DNA from: Prasinococcaceae sp. CCMP 1430
Taxonomy: Eukaryota; Plantae; Prasinodermophyta
Direction: 5' to 3'
NCBI GenBank assembly: GCA_013416795.1
Contig: RQSC01000018.1
Span: 277,785-322,338, forward strand
Length of the DNA stretch: 44,554 nucleotides
Position 1 is the first letter of the stretch. Each line of letters starts with the position of its first letter. The notes under the pieces were generated by a model. That model worked only from the letters and a program-made list of their open reading frames with translations, searched no databases and had not been told where the DNA came from. Position numbers and translations under genes: made by a program. Positions 43,670 to 44,554 of this stretch are shown one piece after another.

Positions 43670-43811
43670 AATCACATCAATACACGTCAAATGTTTTCTT
43701 TTTCTTTTTTTTTTGATTTCTGTGGTGTCGTACGATGGTGTATTCGTATGCAATCACATCAATGGACGTCAAATGTTTTTTCTTTTTTTGATTTCTGCTG
43801 TGTCGCTGGCG
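43670..43811. repeat. AT-rich ~82-bp tandem duplication
   Basis: aatcacatcaat..acgtcaaatgtttt(T-rich)gatttctg at 43670 and 43752. Confidence 0.85.
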
Positions 43812-44045
43812 CGCACGCGCACGAGAGGTCCTCGGAAGGAGTTTTTTTTTTTTTTTTTGGTACCCGCGCGGCAGTTCAGTTCGAGTGCGGTTCGCGCGCC
43901 GCGGCGCGCGCGGCCCGCTCGTCCCCGGGTCGACCCGCGGGAGTCCCGGTTCGACCACCCGCACAGACCGGATCCGACATTTCTTATACCAGGTCACGTG
44001 TGCACACCCCGGGGGAGGTCGCGACACCGACATCGACACATCACA

Positions 44046-44292
44046 CATCAAATCGAATTGCGACGCGATGACTCGCCGCGGCGCCGCGCTCCCAGCCCAC
44101 GTCAAAACGGGCGCGCGCTTCGACGGCCTCATCAAATCGCATTCGACGGCCGCGCGCGCAGTACAAACCGGTTCCTGACGAAATCGGCATCAAATCGCAT
44201 TCGATTGCCGCGAGTACAGTACAAACCGCTCGCTAATGACGAACACATCAAATCGCATTCGACGGCCGCGCGTGCAGGCCACAGTACAATTC
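44046..44292. repeat. ~58-bp minisatellite with core CATCAAATCGCATTCGA...CAGTACAA (4 copies: 44046 degenerate, 44130, 44188, 44246)
   Basis: Direct alignment. Spacing is 84, 58, 58. Confidence 0.9.
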
Positions 44293-44386
44293 GCTCCTAG
44301 GGTTCCGGCGGCCCCCAAGCCGCCGCCGCCCGCGCGGCGCGCGCGGGCGTAACTCCGCGAAGTCGGCCGCGGCGCGCCATCGCGGC

Positions 44387-44554
44387 GGCTTCGCCTTCCT
44401 GTACGACTGGGTGCTGACCGGGTGGCTCCGCATGCCGCGCGACGAGTACGCGGTGGTGGTGACCATCCTGTTTGCCATCGCGGCCTTCGGGTACTTGGCG
44501 GGGGTGGCGATCGGCCTGCTGGCAGCGGCGGCTATCTTCGTGGCGGATTACTCG
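44387..44554 (+). CDS. SulP/SLC26-type anion transporter fragment (last transmembrane helices before STAS); no upstream part in the window, continues past the end
   Basis: GFAFLYDWVLTGWLRMPRDEYAVVVTILFAIAAFGYLAGVAIGLLAAAAIFVADYS resembles the recalled SulP/STAS/cNMP pattern G..LL.EW.......P..EY......L......G...GV..G......FV..YS. Confidence 0.65.

Noticed and set aside
43860-43975. tRNA/SINE-like B-box words (GTTCGAGT, GGTTCGACC)
   Set aside because: I could not build a cloverleaf, there is no properly spaced A box, and the B-box matches are imperfect. tRNAscan-SE/Infernal would settle it.
44046-44292. CRISPR-like repeat/spacer appearance
   Set aside because: The intervening segments are themselves related (GCCGCG, CAGTACAA, TGACGAA), there is no cas gene, and the context is eukaryotic. 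It is a minisatellite.
1-44554. Dozens of long ORFs made of HTHT.../VCVC.../RARA... in the supplied track
   Set aside because: They are stop-free translations of (CA)n/(GT)n/(CG)n introns and spacers, with no protein-like complexity.

Overview
Eukaryotic nuclear DNA, very GC-rich (roughly 70% by eye) and gene-dense, with about 21 genes or gene fragments. It is a draft assembly with 4 N-gaps and 3 single-n sites (17115, 26933, 38387). The spliceosomal introns are largely filled with (CA)n/(GT)n and mixed alternating purine-pyrimidine repeats. Gene content (NPHP4, an LPA1/MET1-like TPR protein, bacterial-type DusA and FolB, a P2C Na+/K+-ATPase) points to a flagellated alga. A haptophyte such as a Pavlovales species is my inference only. 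Genes in order: signal-peptide first exon; NPHP4; DusA; TMEM18; FolB; isochorismatase-family hydrolase; Lys/Ala-rich + acidic protein; unknown fragment; Na+/K+-ATPase alpha; unknown; RNase H2A; Exo1-like H3TH fragment; Skp1; DTW protein; TPR protein; GaaA-like D-galacturonate reductase; Canopy/saposin-thioredoxin-fold protein; C69 dipeptidase; C-factor-like SDR; coiled-coil protein; SMB+NHL secreted protein; SulP fragment. The best leads are (1) introns with (GT)n at the 5' end and (CA)n at the 3' end and no polypyrimidine tract, suggesting structure-bridged splicing, (2) a Na+/K+-ATPase with a 10-Cys, ~180-aa extracellular M7-M8 loop that lacks the beta-subunit SYGQ motif, (3) a fungal-GaaA-like reductase as a candidate ascorbate-pathway enzyme, and (4) new-looking domain fusions. 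I found no prokaryotic defence system, CRISPR array or transposase. All family assignments come from motif recall, not database searches, and exon models are hand-derived.
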